IMG/VR virus record: IMGVR_UViG_3300033068_001989
Coordinates: 96,001 to 160,000 of that record
DNA length: 64,000 nt
Source of the DNA: a virus
Taxonomy: Duplodnaviria > Caudoviricetes
Reading direction: 5' to 3' (one strand)
In this document: piece after piece, positions 36,584 to 46,580 of the stretch
Layout of the letters: each line of letters begins with the position of its first letter
How positions within the stretch are numbered: the stretch's first letter is position 1
The notes under the pieces: generated by a model
What the model saw: the letters and a program-made list of their open reading frames with translations, nothing else
Told to the model about the DNA's origin: nothing
The model's database searches: none
Made by a program: the position numbers and the translations under genes

Positions 36584-39500
36584 TTATACAAATTGCATAA
36601 ATCCTCCAGCAGCTATTCCACCTGTTCTAGTAACAGTAATTCTATTAATGAATTTATGTATACCTCTAGCAGGTTCTATTATAATGTCAATTATACCCAT
36701 ATTCATATCTATAATAGCCGGAGTATTATTAGAAGAATCCATTATTGTTTGATAAGCATAGATACCACCGCCTGATCTAACACCATCAAGATAATTATCT
36801 ACAAGTGTTTTAATCTCTAGTCTTATAGAGTCCTCGTTGAAATCAAAAAGATAGTTTGCAAGTATTTCCTGTACGTCATTTTCTATACTGATTAATAAAT
36901 CTCTAACATGTACTAGATTGAATGCTGAATTTACTTGTTGGTAAGCAGTTTGATTACCAAATATAACAACACCAATACCTTTTCTTTTAAGTATTGGATT
37001 GATACCAAAAGGTTCTAGGTTTGCTCTATCCTCGTCAGTGAAATCATATTCAACACCAACTATATTACCACCGCTTAATATACCTCTTTTTTGTCCAGCA
37101 ACGATAGCATAAGGTTCACCGTTTGCGAATTTTCTAATAAAATTATTAGACACGTAAGCAGCTGGGGGAACGTTTATATTTTTATTACCATTTCTTACAA
37201 CTATATAAGGGGAATAGAATGCACAGAATTTAGATCCGTCTTCCTCATTAGGTAAACTAAATGTATATGTAGGATTAAGTGATAGATTACCACCTTCTAC
37301 TATATAAGATGTATTTAATGGAGGATATGGATTTGAAGCAGTAGGTGCATCAGTAAACGATGGGTCAGTACTAGCTCTAAATTGCGCCATAGAAGGAGCA
37401 TTTATAATAGCTAAAGCCTGTTGTCTCATTTTTGCAAGTCTACTAAATTCCCATTTAGATTCAGGTCCTATTATACCACTGAAAGTATCAACAATATATC
37501 TGAATGATATAACATCCTTGGAAGCAAGTGTTTTCGCAACATTAGTATCATAAAGAACAGCTAATATTTCTTGTAATCTTGCATCTGTACCGTTTGGTCT
37601 ATGTCTCTCTTTCATAGTAAATCCATTAAGGAATGTAAAATCGAAAGAATTAGTAAATTGAGCTATAGATTTAAACTTCTGAACTCTAAGTGAATTACCG
37701 CTATTAGAATAGTATAGAACCGGTCTTGCAGTAACAACCTTTAGAACCCCATAAGTTCCAGTTTGAGCAACTGATTTAACCTTAGTAAGTCTGCTTTGTC
37801 TGTTACCTGTAGCTGGCTCACATATATCAAGATCTGTAGAAACTACCCAATCACCAACAGCTAGAGGAGAAACTCCGTTTACCATATTCACGTTAAATGT
37901 TGTAACATCTATCTGAGTACATTCTATGAAATCATTTATAGAACCTACCTGAGATATAATATCAATTTTCTGTGGGCTAACAGGAAGTCCTATATTATTG
38001 GATGCATAAGATGTCCCAAATGCTGCGATATCAACTATCGTGTTAGTATTCATAGAAGACTGTTGCGAATAAGCTCTAGCATAAGTAAGATTAAACTGAT
38101 CTCTATCAACAGTATTTTCAAATCCAATATATTGTTGATTTGGTGTACCTGTAGGTGTTATCCAAATAGAGTCACCATCCTCAATTTCAAGATATCTATG
38201 ATTTTGGAAGAATGTTGATGCATTATATGCAACAATAGAATTTGTATATCCATTCGGTGCATAAGGACCAGTAGCTCCGTCCATCGTAGCTAGACTTATA
38301 ATATCAAAATAATCAGAATCACCAAATTGATAAGAGTCATTATAATAAGGTTTATTGCTACCAGATGCACCGGTATTATATGTTGCTAAATTATAAGTAG
38401 GCTTAACAGTAATTCCTTGAGATCTATATTGTGCAGTATCTAGAGGGTGTGTCCACCATATAAGTAATTGTCCATTAACGTCCTTAGTTCCAGTAACTTT
38501 AAGTTTAACTATATCAGCCTCGTTAAATTGGCTAACAAGTGCTCCTGTTAATCCAGCAACACCACTAACAACACCAAGTATAAACTTTTCATCGCTAGAT
38601 GAAGAAACATCCAAGAATGATTTAAGAGCAGCTCTTTGTCCAGCATTTTGTAGCATACCTCCGGTTGAACCAGTAGCTGCACTAGTTAAAAGGTAATGCA
38701 TACCAGTATCATAAGCATTAGCATCATAAGGAACAAATGATCCCTGATAAACACCCGCTGTGGATCCTGTTATAGTAAATAATGTACCTACTTTAGATCC
38801 AGTAGTAAATCCAGTAACACCAGCAGGACTAACAAATCCAGTAGCTCCTGTTATACCAACTACGTTCTGTGTATATAAATAATCAGCTTCCAATGCTTGA
38901 TCATAGCTCAAGAAATTTATTCTAGGATTAGCAAGGTCTCTGTCTCCACTAAGTTCGTCTATAAGGTGATTACCAACAAGATCTATTTTGGAAGGATTGT
39001 TACAAATATCATCAAAAGCCTGCTCGTCTATTGCACAGAATAGACCAGTAGAAGCAGTATTATTATTTATTAATGTTTGTATGTATTGATTTACTCCATT
39101 CAAATCAACAAAGTCTGGTATAATACAACCAGTAACGGATGTAACTATAGAAACGTTTGGATTTGCAAGGAACTGATCTATTTTAGATTTTACAAAACCG
39201 TTATTAGTAAAGTATGTACTCCACATTGGATCAAGGTGTAATGCCTGATAATTTGTCCAATTTCCATAAACTGCAATAACATCTATAAAATAGTCACTTA
39301 TATAATCATACGGATGCATAAACGTAGGAACGTTATTAGCACCATACCAATCAATAGCAAATATATTATATCCTAATAGTGGGCTAGATGAATCTGTTGA
39401 TTTTCTAACTATTATACTCATAGGAGATTTTCCAAGATTAGTTATATTTAACAATTTACCTTGGTCAGGAATACTTAGGGTTGCAAGAAAATAATTAGGA

Positions 39501-39931
39501 TCTGCAAACCAAAATCTCTCCTTATTGTAATATGAAGAGTATAATTCACTAGTAACTACACCATTATATTCCTCCGTATCCACAGAGAATGATCTATACG
39601 TAACCTTATCCGGGTCCGCTGATTCAAGATTATCGTTCAATTTTAAAAGATTTAATGCAAAAACTGGTCCTGCATTTAAACAAGTTAATATTGATCTATG
39701 GAAGAAAGATCCCTTATTTTCGAGCGACGCGTCAATATCACCAAAGATTGATATCATCGTTGTTGCATCAGGAATATAGACAGGAGTATTAAAAGGTCCC
39801 TTATTCGAGAACCCTATAACAAGTCTAATTGTTTGTGATGTAAGTATGACGTTTTGTGATGCGTCAAATTCAAGCGTATAGACACCAGATGCTCTAAATT
39901 GAGAATAGTCTATTTTTACCTTATTTGCCAT
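36584..39931 (-). CDS. gp18: Contractile tail sheath protein (gp18-like) with large insertion
   Basis: SGVYTLEFD, GFSNKGPFNTPV, VPPAAYV, INPI, GNQT, VHVRDLL, FDFN, MDSSNNTPAIID. Confidence 0.92.
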   Translation of the reverse strand: MANKVKIDYSQFRASGVYTLEFDASQNVILTSQTIRLVIGFSNKGPFNTPVYIPDATTMISIFGDIDASLENKGSFFHRSILTCLNAGPVFALNLLKLNDNLESADPDKVTYRSFSVDTEEYNGVVTSELYSSYYNKERFWFADPNYFLATLSIPDQGKLLNITNLGKSPMSIIVRKSTDSSSPLLGYNIFAIDWYGANNVPTFMHPYDYISDYFIDVIAVYGNWTNYQALHLDPMWSTYFTNNGFVKSKIDQFLANPNVSIVTSVTGCIIPDFVDLNGVNQYIQTLINNNTASTGLFCAIDEQAFDDICNNPSKIDLVGNHLIDELSGDRDLANPRINFLSYDQALEADYLYTQNVVGITGATGFVSPAGVTGFTTGSKVGTLFTITGSTAGVYQGSFVPYDANAYDTGMHYLLTSAATGSTGGMLQNAGQRAALKSFLDVSSSSDEKFILGVVSGVAGLTGALVSQFNEADIVKLKVTGTKDVNGQLLIWWTHPLDTAQYRSQGITVKPTYNLATYNTGASGSNKPYYNDSYQFGDSDYFDIISLATMDGATGPYAPNGYTNSIVAYNASTFFQNHRYLEIEDGDSIWITPTGTPNQQYIGFENTVDRDQFNLTYARAYSQQSSMNTNTIVDIAAFGTSYASNNIGLPVSPQKIDIISQVGSINDFIECTQIDVTTFNVNMVNGVSPLAVGDWVVSTDLDICEPATGNRQSRLTKVKSVAQTGTYGVLKVVTARPVLYYSNSGNSLRVQKFKSIAQFTNSFDFTFLNGFTMKERHRPNGTDARLQEILAVLYDTNVAKTLASKDVISFRYIVDTFSGIIGPESKWEFSRLAKMRQQALAIINAPSMAQFRASTDPSFTDAPTASNPYPPLNTSYIVEGGNLSLNPTYTFSLPNEEDGSKFCAFYSPYIVVRNGNKNINVPPAAYVSNNFIRKFANGEPYAIVAGQKRGILSGGNIVGVEYDFTDEDRANLEPFGINPILKRKGIGVVIFGNQTAYQQVNSAFNLVHVRDLLISIENDVQEILANYLFDFNEDSIRLEIKTLVDNYLDGVRSGGGIYAYQTIMDSSNNTPAIIDMNMGIIDIIIEPARGIHKFINRITVTRTGGIAAGGFMQFV

Positions 39932-39960
39932 TATTTTTCAATATATTTTTACTTCTGTAC

Positions 39961-39968
39961 TATATATC
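39961..39968 (-). promoter_or_regulatory. Putative late promoter GATATATA
   Basis: About 30 nt upstream of the sheath gene. Confidence 0.65.
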
Positions 39969-39993
39969 AAAAAAGAAATGAGAATTATTGATG

Positions 39994-41820
39994 CTACATT
40001 AGGTTATTGAATTCACTGTATGATTTACCCTCCTTAGTTGAAGGTCCTTTTCTATCATCGTCGAAAATTTGATCACCCTCTAATTTTTTTATGATCAAAT
40101 CCTTATATGCATTATCCTCCATCTCGTCAAATACCTCTCCAACCATATGATTGAAGTCATAGCCATCTAAAAGTCCAGGTAGATTAACTAGTGTCATTGC
40201 AACATCATCATGTCCGCTTTGGCTAGAATATGTTCCTCTATTATTAAGACCGAAAGTAAATAACTCAGGTATAGTCCATTTCTTTTCATTGACAAGTATC
40301 TTATTTTCTCTAACCAGGCTTCTTAGTAGTTCACAATACTTCATCTTATTCTTTTCGTTATACTTTATTCCTGGTTTTAAAGTTCTTGCGCTTTCTGAGT
40401 GTTTGGTAAATAAAAACATCTCATCAAAAAATTCATCTCTCGACATCAATTTATCATAAAGAAGTTCACCTTTAAAATTCATTTCCAGTGCTATTTTTAC
40501 ACGATCCACAGTAAAAACATTCTCACATAGAACCTGTAATAACTTAACAACATCTTCAAGCTTTATTTCGTTATCCCTAAATACACCAACCTGAATAAGA
40601 CCGAAGAAATCAGACTCGTCGTCATATTCATCTATTTTTTCTATAACTACCTTTGGTAATGGCGTAACTTTAAATATATTTATTACTGTAAAATCTCCCT
40701 TTCCTCCACCACTAAGATCTATCGATAAAACAAATTTCTTTCCTCTTTCGTTACATGTATCAAGATCAAACTTAGGATGCCATCTGAAATTTTCATATTG
40801 TATATTGTGATTATGCAATTCGCTTATTTCTCTCCATTCATATTCAACCTCATTTTTCTTTATCTTTTTAAGCTCGTCAGATCCTAATAATAAACTAGAT
40901 GAACTTAAAAACTGATTACCATATTCCTGATTGAATAGTTCCTCACTTCCTAAGTTACCTATTTCTTTTTGCTTCCATGCTTCATCCCTTCCAGGAACTT
41001 GCCACCAATCAACTCTAATTGGATTAAAACTATTATCTCCATCCATTGCTCCCTGATAGATTTCATAGAATTTATTCATTCCATTCGGGGTTGATGTTAT
41101 TATTATCCGGGAAACCTTCGATGACGATACAGTAGGATATGTAGATCTAAAGAATGCTTCCATGAAATTATCATTAATGTGAGCAAACTCATCCATATAT
41201 AAAAAATGTATAGTAAATCCGATACCTGATGATTTAGTTGTTGTTTTAGCTAATACCCTACAACCATTATCGAAACGCATTGTCATCACATTATTGATTA
41301 TCATACCAGGTTTAAGAAAAAATGGTAGACCTTTTATTATGGACTTTATCTTATCCATTAATTCCTCTGCGGTATCACCAACATTGGCTAATATCATTGC
41401 GTTCTTATCGTGATTAAAAAGAAGATACCAAACAAGAATTATTGACGAAGTTATGGATTTACCAACTTGTCTGGGAGCTAAAAATACATTAAATCTATTT
41501 GATTGATATTCCTTGAGAACTGATTCCTGATAATCTCTAAGCCTTATATACTCAAGACCAAAATCGGTCATTACCTTGCAATATTTTGCAAAGTATGCAA
41601 CATCCTCCGCACACTTTTTCATTTCTATAACCTCTTCCCTGGTATATTCCCATTGAAGACTAGGTTTTTTTAATTCAGGATCTTGTTCATAAAATGGATT
41701 ATCAACATCCTTATAATCCAATCCTTCCTCGTCTATTCTTCTTAGAAGTTCGTTAACTCTCTCGGTATTCCACAGAGATGTTTCTATCTGATCCTGCTTT
41801 TTCTGTATTATCTCTCCCAT
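39994..41820 (-). CDS. gp17: Terminase large subunit (gp17-like)
   Basis: LRDYQ, PRQVGKS Walker A, YMDEFAH Walker B, ITSTPNG, FNQEY, SIDLSGG, HDDVAM. Confidence 0.95.
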   Translation of the reverse strand: MGEIIQKKQDQIETSLWNTERVNELLRRIDEEGLDYKDVDNPFYEQDPELKKPSLQWEYTREEVIEMKKCAEDVAYFAKYCKVMTDFGLEYIRLRDYQESVLKEYQSNRFNVFLAPRQVGKSITSSIILVWYLLFNHDKNAMILANVGDTAEELMDKIKSIIKGLPFFLKPGMIINNVMTMRFDNGCRVLAKTTTKSSGIGFTIHFLYMDEFAHINDNFMEAFFRSTYPTVSSSKVSRIIITSTPNGMNKFYEIYQGAMDGDNSFNPIRVDWWQVPGRDEAWKQKEIGNLGSEELFNQEYGNQFLSSSSLLLGSDELKKIKKNEVEYEWREISELHNHNIQYENFRWHPKFDLDTCNERGKKFVLSIDLSGGGKGDFTVINIFKVTPLPKVVIEKIDEYDDESDFFGLIQVGVFRDNEIKLEDVVKLLQVLCENVFTVDRVKIALEMNFKGELLYDKLMSRDEFFDEMFLFTKHSESARTLKPGIKYNEKNKMKYCELLRSLVRENKILVNEKKWTIPELFTFGLNNRGTYSSQSGHDDVAMTLVNLPGLLDGYDFNHMVGEVFDEMEDNAYKDLIIKKLEGDQIFDDDRKGPSTKEGKSYSEFNNLM

Positions 41821-41822
41821 TT

Positions 41823-42617
41823 TTAATAAAGGTCATCTTCCACGACGAAATCATCGCTATCCAAATTCTCGTCAGTTTTAGCTACATTTGGATTATCAAG
41901 ATCTAATGTTTTTTTAAGTTTGGCGTTAACAACAGCATTAGGCTCAACCACCTCCGCTGTAATATCAACAACCTCAGATCCTATTATATCTCTAAGGCCT
42001 TCCATTATACCTCTGGTCCCTCTCGATTTAATTCCACCACTATCGGTTATTGCTGATGATGTAGCATTATATGGATCTCCAGGGTTTGATTGATCCATAA
42101 CGACTCTACTAGTTTGTTTTTTCTCATCTATCTCAATTCTGGATTTTTTATAATTCTGCTCCATCTTTTCAAGATAGGCCTGATAATCCTTTGGCATTTG
42201 CATAATTTGAGATTGCATTTGAGCAAGAACTTCAAAGAGTCTAGGATTTGTATTACCTAGATCTATTTCCTCCAATATTTTGGTTATTGTATGCTGAGCT
42301 GTCTTTAATTGAAACATCATAGCGGATACATTCATAGTATCCATCTTCTTCTTCAACTCTACGTGTTTCGCACCAGTATTCTCAGTACTAAGATCAACAT
42401 AAAATTCAGCCAATGAATCCATAAGGGACTTGGCATCAGATGATGCAGATGATTGCTCTCCTGCAAAATCCATAAGATCTGTGGTTTTTATTCTAGGAAG
42501 ATCTAAAGAATCAGCAACAAAAGATGCACTGAAATTCTCATCCATTAATATGGAATCAAGGTTCTCTTTTATTCTTTCCTCTATTACCTTCTCAGGTTTT
42601 GGTTTTCTTCTTGGCAT
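41823..42617 (-). CDS. Probable terminase small subunit (gp16-like)
   Basis: NPRLFEVLAQM resembles the gp16 PRxxEV motif; immediately upstream of TerL. Confidence 0.55.
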   Translation of the reverse strand: MPRRKPKPEKVIEERIKENLDSILMDENFSASFVADSLDLPRIKTTDLMDFAGEQSSASSDAKSLMDSLAEFYVDLSTENTGAKHVELKKKMDTMNVSAMMFQLKTAQHTITKILEEIDLGNTNPRLFEVLAQMQSQIMQMPKDYQAYLEKMEQNYKKSRIEIDEKKQTSRVVMDQSNPGDPYNATSSAITDSGGIKSRGTRGIMEGLRDIIGSEVVDITAEVVEPNAVVNAKLKKTLDLDNPNVAKTDENLDSDDFVVEDDLY

Positions 42618-42620
42618 AAT

Positions 42621-45113
42621 TTATTTATTTCTTGCAAATTTTGGTATATTTAGCAAAGGTTTAGCGTTATCTATTATATGTGCTAGCTGAGAGTCTCTAA
42701 CTATGTTCTGATTAAGAACAGTTGACTGATTATCTATATCTATCATATTCTTAAATAATCTAACATTACTGATGTTTATTGGACCGGTAAAAATCTTATA
42801 TGAATTATTATCAGTACCGTAATATGGACTGAATTTATCAGTAACCAGACTCGAAGGTGCATTGAAAACTATATGATCAATAAACATTCTCGAATCCTCC
42901 TGTAGCTTACTCAATTTACTGGATTGATCAGGAGAGCTATTTGTTGGGTCATACGTTATTCCCCATATTATGGAAGATATTTGTTTATATACATTCGAGA
43001 AATTTATCACTATACCGTACCATTCGTCTATGGAAGGTACGAATTGTAGAGTAGTATTTATAATGAGATCATTAAACCTAACAACTAAACTTCCGGTTTC
43101 CAGAAAAGTATTAGTTAATTCGTCAGTTACACCAGAATGTATAATGTCCGCTCTAAATCCCTTAATATCACCATTCTGATCCTCATATAATCCACTGATT
43201 AAATTTCTAGATTGTGCCTTCTGCATTCTCCATGTAACCGGTCCTTGTGAGAAATTCTCCGACTTATTAATAACTTTGAATCTATATTCATCTATGATGC
43301 TATCAACCTGATATCCACCACTATGAGTGGAATCACCTTTTATTGCTACATATCCTTCTGGGTTGGATTGATAACTTTCCCATCTCTCAAGATTATGTTT
43401 TCTTGGATATGAATTAAAAACAAGAAAGTCGCTATCATACGATTCCAAAGCTATGCTTATAACCGGATACGGTCTTTTCATCAGCTGTTGGTTATTATAA
43501 AGATTCTTTATATTAAACCATGCTGTAAATGCTAACTCCTCACCTATAGCAATTTTAGGAAGCAATTTATAACGAATAGCCTCTCTATATTGCTTGGTCG
43601 CATATATAAAATCAGAGTCATCAACAAATGATCCATAAAGATCATAATAATCATTAAATACTATAGTCCAGTTATTATTTAGGTCATATCCTATTATTGA
43701 TAGATCCTTATAAATATATGATCTTATAGGATCCTGCGACATTTGAGTTATCGTGGTTGCATATTGCTGAGGATTTGTTATTTTAAGCTCCTCATTTTGT
43801 ACCTCTGCTCCAAACAGATCACTAGTAGTAAGACTTATACCATCAAGCTCCTCCTTATGTGCAGGATCTCTAAAGTAAGTATTACTTTTAGGATTATATT
43901 TTTTAAGCTCAATCTTAAAATAAACGGGAGCGTTCATAAAATCTCTAAACAAATAGGTTGAGTTTATTTCATATATTCTATTTGTTATTGGGAAGTATAT
44001 AATATCTCTTTTTCTAGGTTGAGATCCTCTACCAAATATCGACTCGAAATATCTTTTGTCCATCTGAACTTCAAAAGGATCATCATAATTTAACCCAAAT
44101 GGATCGAAATTTATTTTATTATCAGGAAACTGATTCTGATTAACCATTAATTTTACACATTTTTCAGAAACAACATTAAATAATGTATATTCCCTAAGAA
44201 TAACGTCTCTACCTCTAGCCTGCGGTTGAACAGAATAATAATTAGCATCAAGACCAAACATCTTATTGACCATTAAACTAAGATCCTGATATATGTTTAA
44301 TGCTTTGTTAACAGCATAGGGTTTGAATGTAAATCCACAATCAGAAAAAATAACAGGTCTATTCGATGTTTCGGGTGAACATATAGGCGAAGGTCTACTT
44401 TGTATTTTTTCAGGTGTCGGACCGAAATCAAGATCCAGATCAAAGCTAACTATAACTACTGATGGGTCTATGGGTTCATCTGTATTATAAATTATCCCAC
44501 CATCAGGACCTATAAGAACTGAGGTGAATCTAAATTCTGGGTAGAATTTATTGGAAGGATCAAGATCAATTGAGAAAACATCAGAGAAATTATTAGTTAG
44601 ACCATTAAGAGCTGTTCCAACATTAGTCCATAAGGACCAGGTTTTTCCATCTATGCTATATCTAAAATCTATTGATATATCATTAGAATCCAGAATTGAT
44701 CCATTATTATTAGAATAAATAGTATCAATTATCCAGCCATTAAACTTAGTAACGTTCTCAAAAGGTCTATCCCATGTTAATACCCTGTAACTACCTATAT
44801 AGGTGAAGTTTAATGCACTTTCGAGCTGCTCCATTCTTAAACCATAATACTCCGGGGTTTCGCATGGCATATACATCGTATTGCCGTTGACTATAATCTC
44901 GTGAAATCCACCGCAGCCTAATTGTTTAGCTCTAGCTCTCGCACCATTTTCGGTACTGAATATATTATCAACCGATGATTCCAGTACTTTTTCAGTATTC
45001 TGAAGTCCATCGTGATATGCATACCTAGGATCCGATATATCGTATTGTTCTCCCTCGGTATTATATACTGGCGTACCATTTTTTGGTAATCTATTCTCTG
45101 GATAAAAGCTCAT
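42621..45113 (-). CDS. Neck protein gp14-like multidomain protein
   Basis: Central FGLDANYY...FDPFGL...PRKRDIIYFPITNRIYEI resembles gp14; N-terminal LGCGGFH...YMPC module; C-terminal LamG-like beta domain. Confidence 0.6.
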   Translation of the reverse strand: MSFYPENRLPKNGTPVYNTEGEQYDISDPRYAYHDGLQNTEKVLESSVDNIFSTENGARARAKQLGCGGFHEIIVNGNTMYMPCETPEYYGLRMEQLESALNFTYIGSYRVLTWDRPFENVTKFNGWIIDTIYSNNNGSILDSNDISIDFRYSIDGKTWSLWTNVGTALNGLTNNFSDVFSIDLDPSNKFYPEFRFTSVLIGPDGGIIYNTDEPIDPSVVIVSFDLDLDFGPTPEKIQSRPSPICSPETSNRPVIFSDCGFTFKPYAVNKALNIYQDLSLMVNKMFGLDANYYSVQPQARGRDVILREYTLFNVVSEKCVKLMVNQNQFPDNKINFDPFGLNYDDPFEVQMDKRYFESIFGRGSQPRKRDIIYFPITNRIYEINSTYLFRDFMNAPVYFKIELKKYNPKSNTYFRDPAHKEELDGISLTTSDLFGAEVQNEELKITNPQQYATTITQMSQDPIRSYIYKDLSIIGYDLNNNWTIVFNDYYDLYGSFVDDSDFIYATKQYREAIRYKLLPKIAIGEELAFTAWFNIKNLYNNQQLMKRPYPVISIALESYDSDFLVFNSYPRKHNLERWESYQSNPEGYVAIKGDSTHSGGYQVDSIIDEYRFKVINKSENFSQGPVTWRMQKAQSRNLISGLYEDQNGDIKGFRADIIHSGVTDELTNTFLETGSLVVRFNDLIINTTLQFVPSIDEWYGIVINFSNVYKQISSIIWGITYDPTNSSPDQSSKLSKLQEDSRMFIDHIVFNAPSSLVTDKFSPYYGTDNNSYKIFTGPINISNVRLFKNMIDIDNQSTVLNQNIVRDSQLAHIIDNAKPLLNIPKFARNK

Positions 45114-45132
45114 TTCTATTTATACTTTTTCT

Positions 45133-45140
45133 TATATATC
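45133..45140 (-). promoter_or_regulatory. Putative late promoter GATATATA
   Basis: About 20 nt upstream of the neck/terminase operon. Confidence 0.65.
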
Positions 45141-45160
45141 AAAAAGTATTAGACTATAAA

Positions 45161-45195
45161 CAAAAAAAAAGGATCCGATAGGATCCTTTTTTTTT
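45161..45195 (-). terminator. Intrinsic (likely bidirectional) terminator
   Basis: A9-GGATCC-gata-GGATCC-T9. Confidence 0.8.
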
Positions 45196-45207
45196 ATATT
45201 ACTAAAA

Positions 45208-45480
45208 TTAAGATTTGGTATAGATTCCTGTAACAAGATCTAATTTACCATCACCATGTTCGCCTACAACCTTAGCCTGTAGTTCTTCTTCCCTGATGTT
45301 TATTCTGCTGGCCTCGTTATAGAGATGCTCGAGCTCTTGTTCCATCATAGCTAAATCTCTTTTATAAAAAGAAACCTGAACGTTTAATCTTCCTATTTTC
45401 ACGACATTCTCAGTAAGTTCGTCCTTCAATGTTTGAACCTCTAATAATAGCTCATCGCTTAATTTAATTTCTTGACTCAT
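45208..45480 (-). CDS. Small coiled-coil hypothetical protein
   Basis: 90 aa helical hairpin ending GKLDLVTGIY; own promoter motif and terminator. Confidence 0.6.
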   Translation of the reverse strand: MSQEIKLSDELLLEVQTLKDELTENVVKIGRLNVQVSFYKRDLAMMEQELEHLYNEASRINIREEELQAKVVGEHGDGKLDLVTGIYTKS

Positions 45481-45492
45481 TTTAATTTTTTA

Positions 45493-45522
45493 ATTTATAC
45501 TAGCAATAGTGATTATTGTTTC
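45493..45522 (-). promoter_or_regulatory. Putative ECF/middle-type promoter GAAAC-N18-TATAAAT
   Basis: Recurring motif class. Confidence 0.6.
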
Positions 45523-45524
45523 GT

Positions 45525-45815
45525 TTATATCCCGTTTTTTCTAGTAGGAAAAACCCCGCCTATTATAGGTGCAATAAATTGTGAAACCCCTTTATTCGAA
45601 TTTCCACCGTCGAGTATATCACTAAAATCCTTTCCAACTGGATTTGGATTAGAATAAAAATTACCAGAAGCCTTGGCTTCCATTATTTCTATTGTATCAT
45701 TTTTTCTGACATAAGCATTACCTGTACCAACGAAATAAAGCTGATCCCTAGTTTTACTATCGCTTCCGTCAATTATTCTGTTCTCTATTGATAATATTCT
45801 ATCGTCTATTGCCAT
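45525..45815 (-). CDS. Hypothetical protein
   Basis: 96-aa ORF co-oriented after the gp15-like gene. Confidence 0.5.
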   Translation of the reverse strand: MAIDDRILSIENRIIDGSDSKTRDQLYFVGTGNAYVRKNDTIEIMEAKASGNFYSNPNPVGKDFSDILDGGNSNKGVSQFIAPIIGGVFPTRKNGI

Positions 45816-45828
45816 CTTTTTTATTATT

Positions 45829-46575
45829 TTATAATATTTCCCTTCTATTTTTGGGATCTGTATTTTTTGATATCACCTGTTTAGCTCTAAGACCTGCTTG
45901 CATAAGGTTTCCTCTAAATCTTTCAGTCGATAAATCCTTATCTGGAAAATAAGTTTCTAAAGCTACAGAGAAGTTAAATGTTATATATTCCTCATTTGCG
46001 TACGTAAATTCGTATTGTTTAGTTAATTCATATGATTCAGGAAATCCTACAGTTACCGGTATTCTCATTCCCTCAAATTCAAAACTATAACTGTACGTTT
46101 TATAAAAAGTTCTAATAACATTCTGATATATTTTAAATGCATCAAGCAAGGTATCTATTTTCATAGCTATACCAAATGTTAAATTAAGAGGTATAGAATT
46201 GGTATGCGAGGAAAGTGTTTTCATCTCTCCTTTAATGTCCTCAACAGCATAGGACATTCTAACATATTTATTGGTTAATGCTTGAGCATCTATATCCGAT
46301 GACTGATATGAAACTATTCCTATCGGTAATATATCATAGTTTCCCTCAGCATGGGGAAGATTATCTATACAATTTTCATATTCAATAAAAGAATCCATTA
46401 GAAATGCTTCGTCGCCTGTTAGTGAGAAGAAAAAAGGTACATAAACCTCAATCTTTTCTTGCTGGTCATTAACCTGAAAGTATGTTACCTTCTCGTTTAG
46501 TGATCTAAGTAAACCTATTATAAGATTTCTTAGATACACATCATCCATATTAAATTTTTCTAAAAATCCAGACAT
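45829..46575 (-). CDS. gp15: Tail terminator / sheath stabiliser (gp15-like)
   Basis: Y.RNLIIGL, VPFFF, LP.G, IPLNLTF, DAFKIYQ pattern and size typical of gp15. Confidence 0.65.
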   Translation of the reverse strand: MSGFLEKFNMDDVYLRNLIIGLLRSLNEKVTYFQVNDQQEKIEVYVPFFFSLTGDEAFLMDSFIEYENCIDNLPHAEGNYDILPIGIVSYQSSDIDAQALTNKYVRMSYAVEDIKGEMKTLSSHTNSIPLNLTFGIAMKIDTLLDAFKIYQNVIRTFYKTYSYSFEFEGMRIPVTVGFPESYELTKQYEFTYANEEYITFNFSVALETYFPDKDLSTERFRGNLMQAGLRAKQVISKNTDPKNRREIL

Positions 46576-46580
46576 AATTA

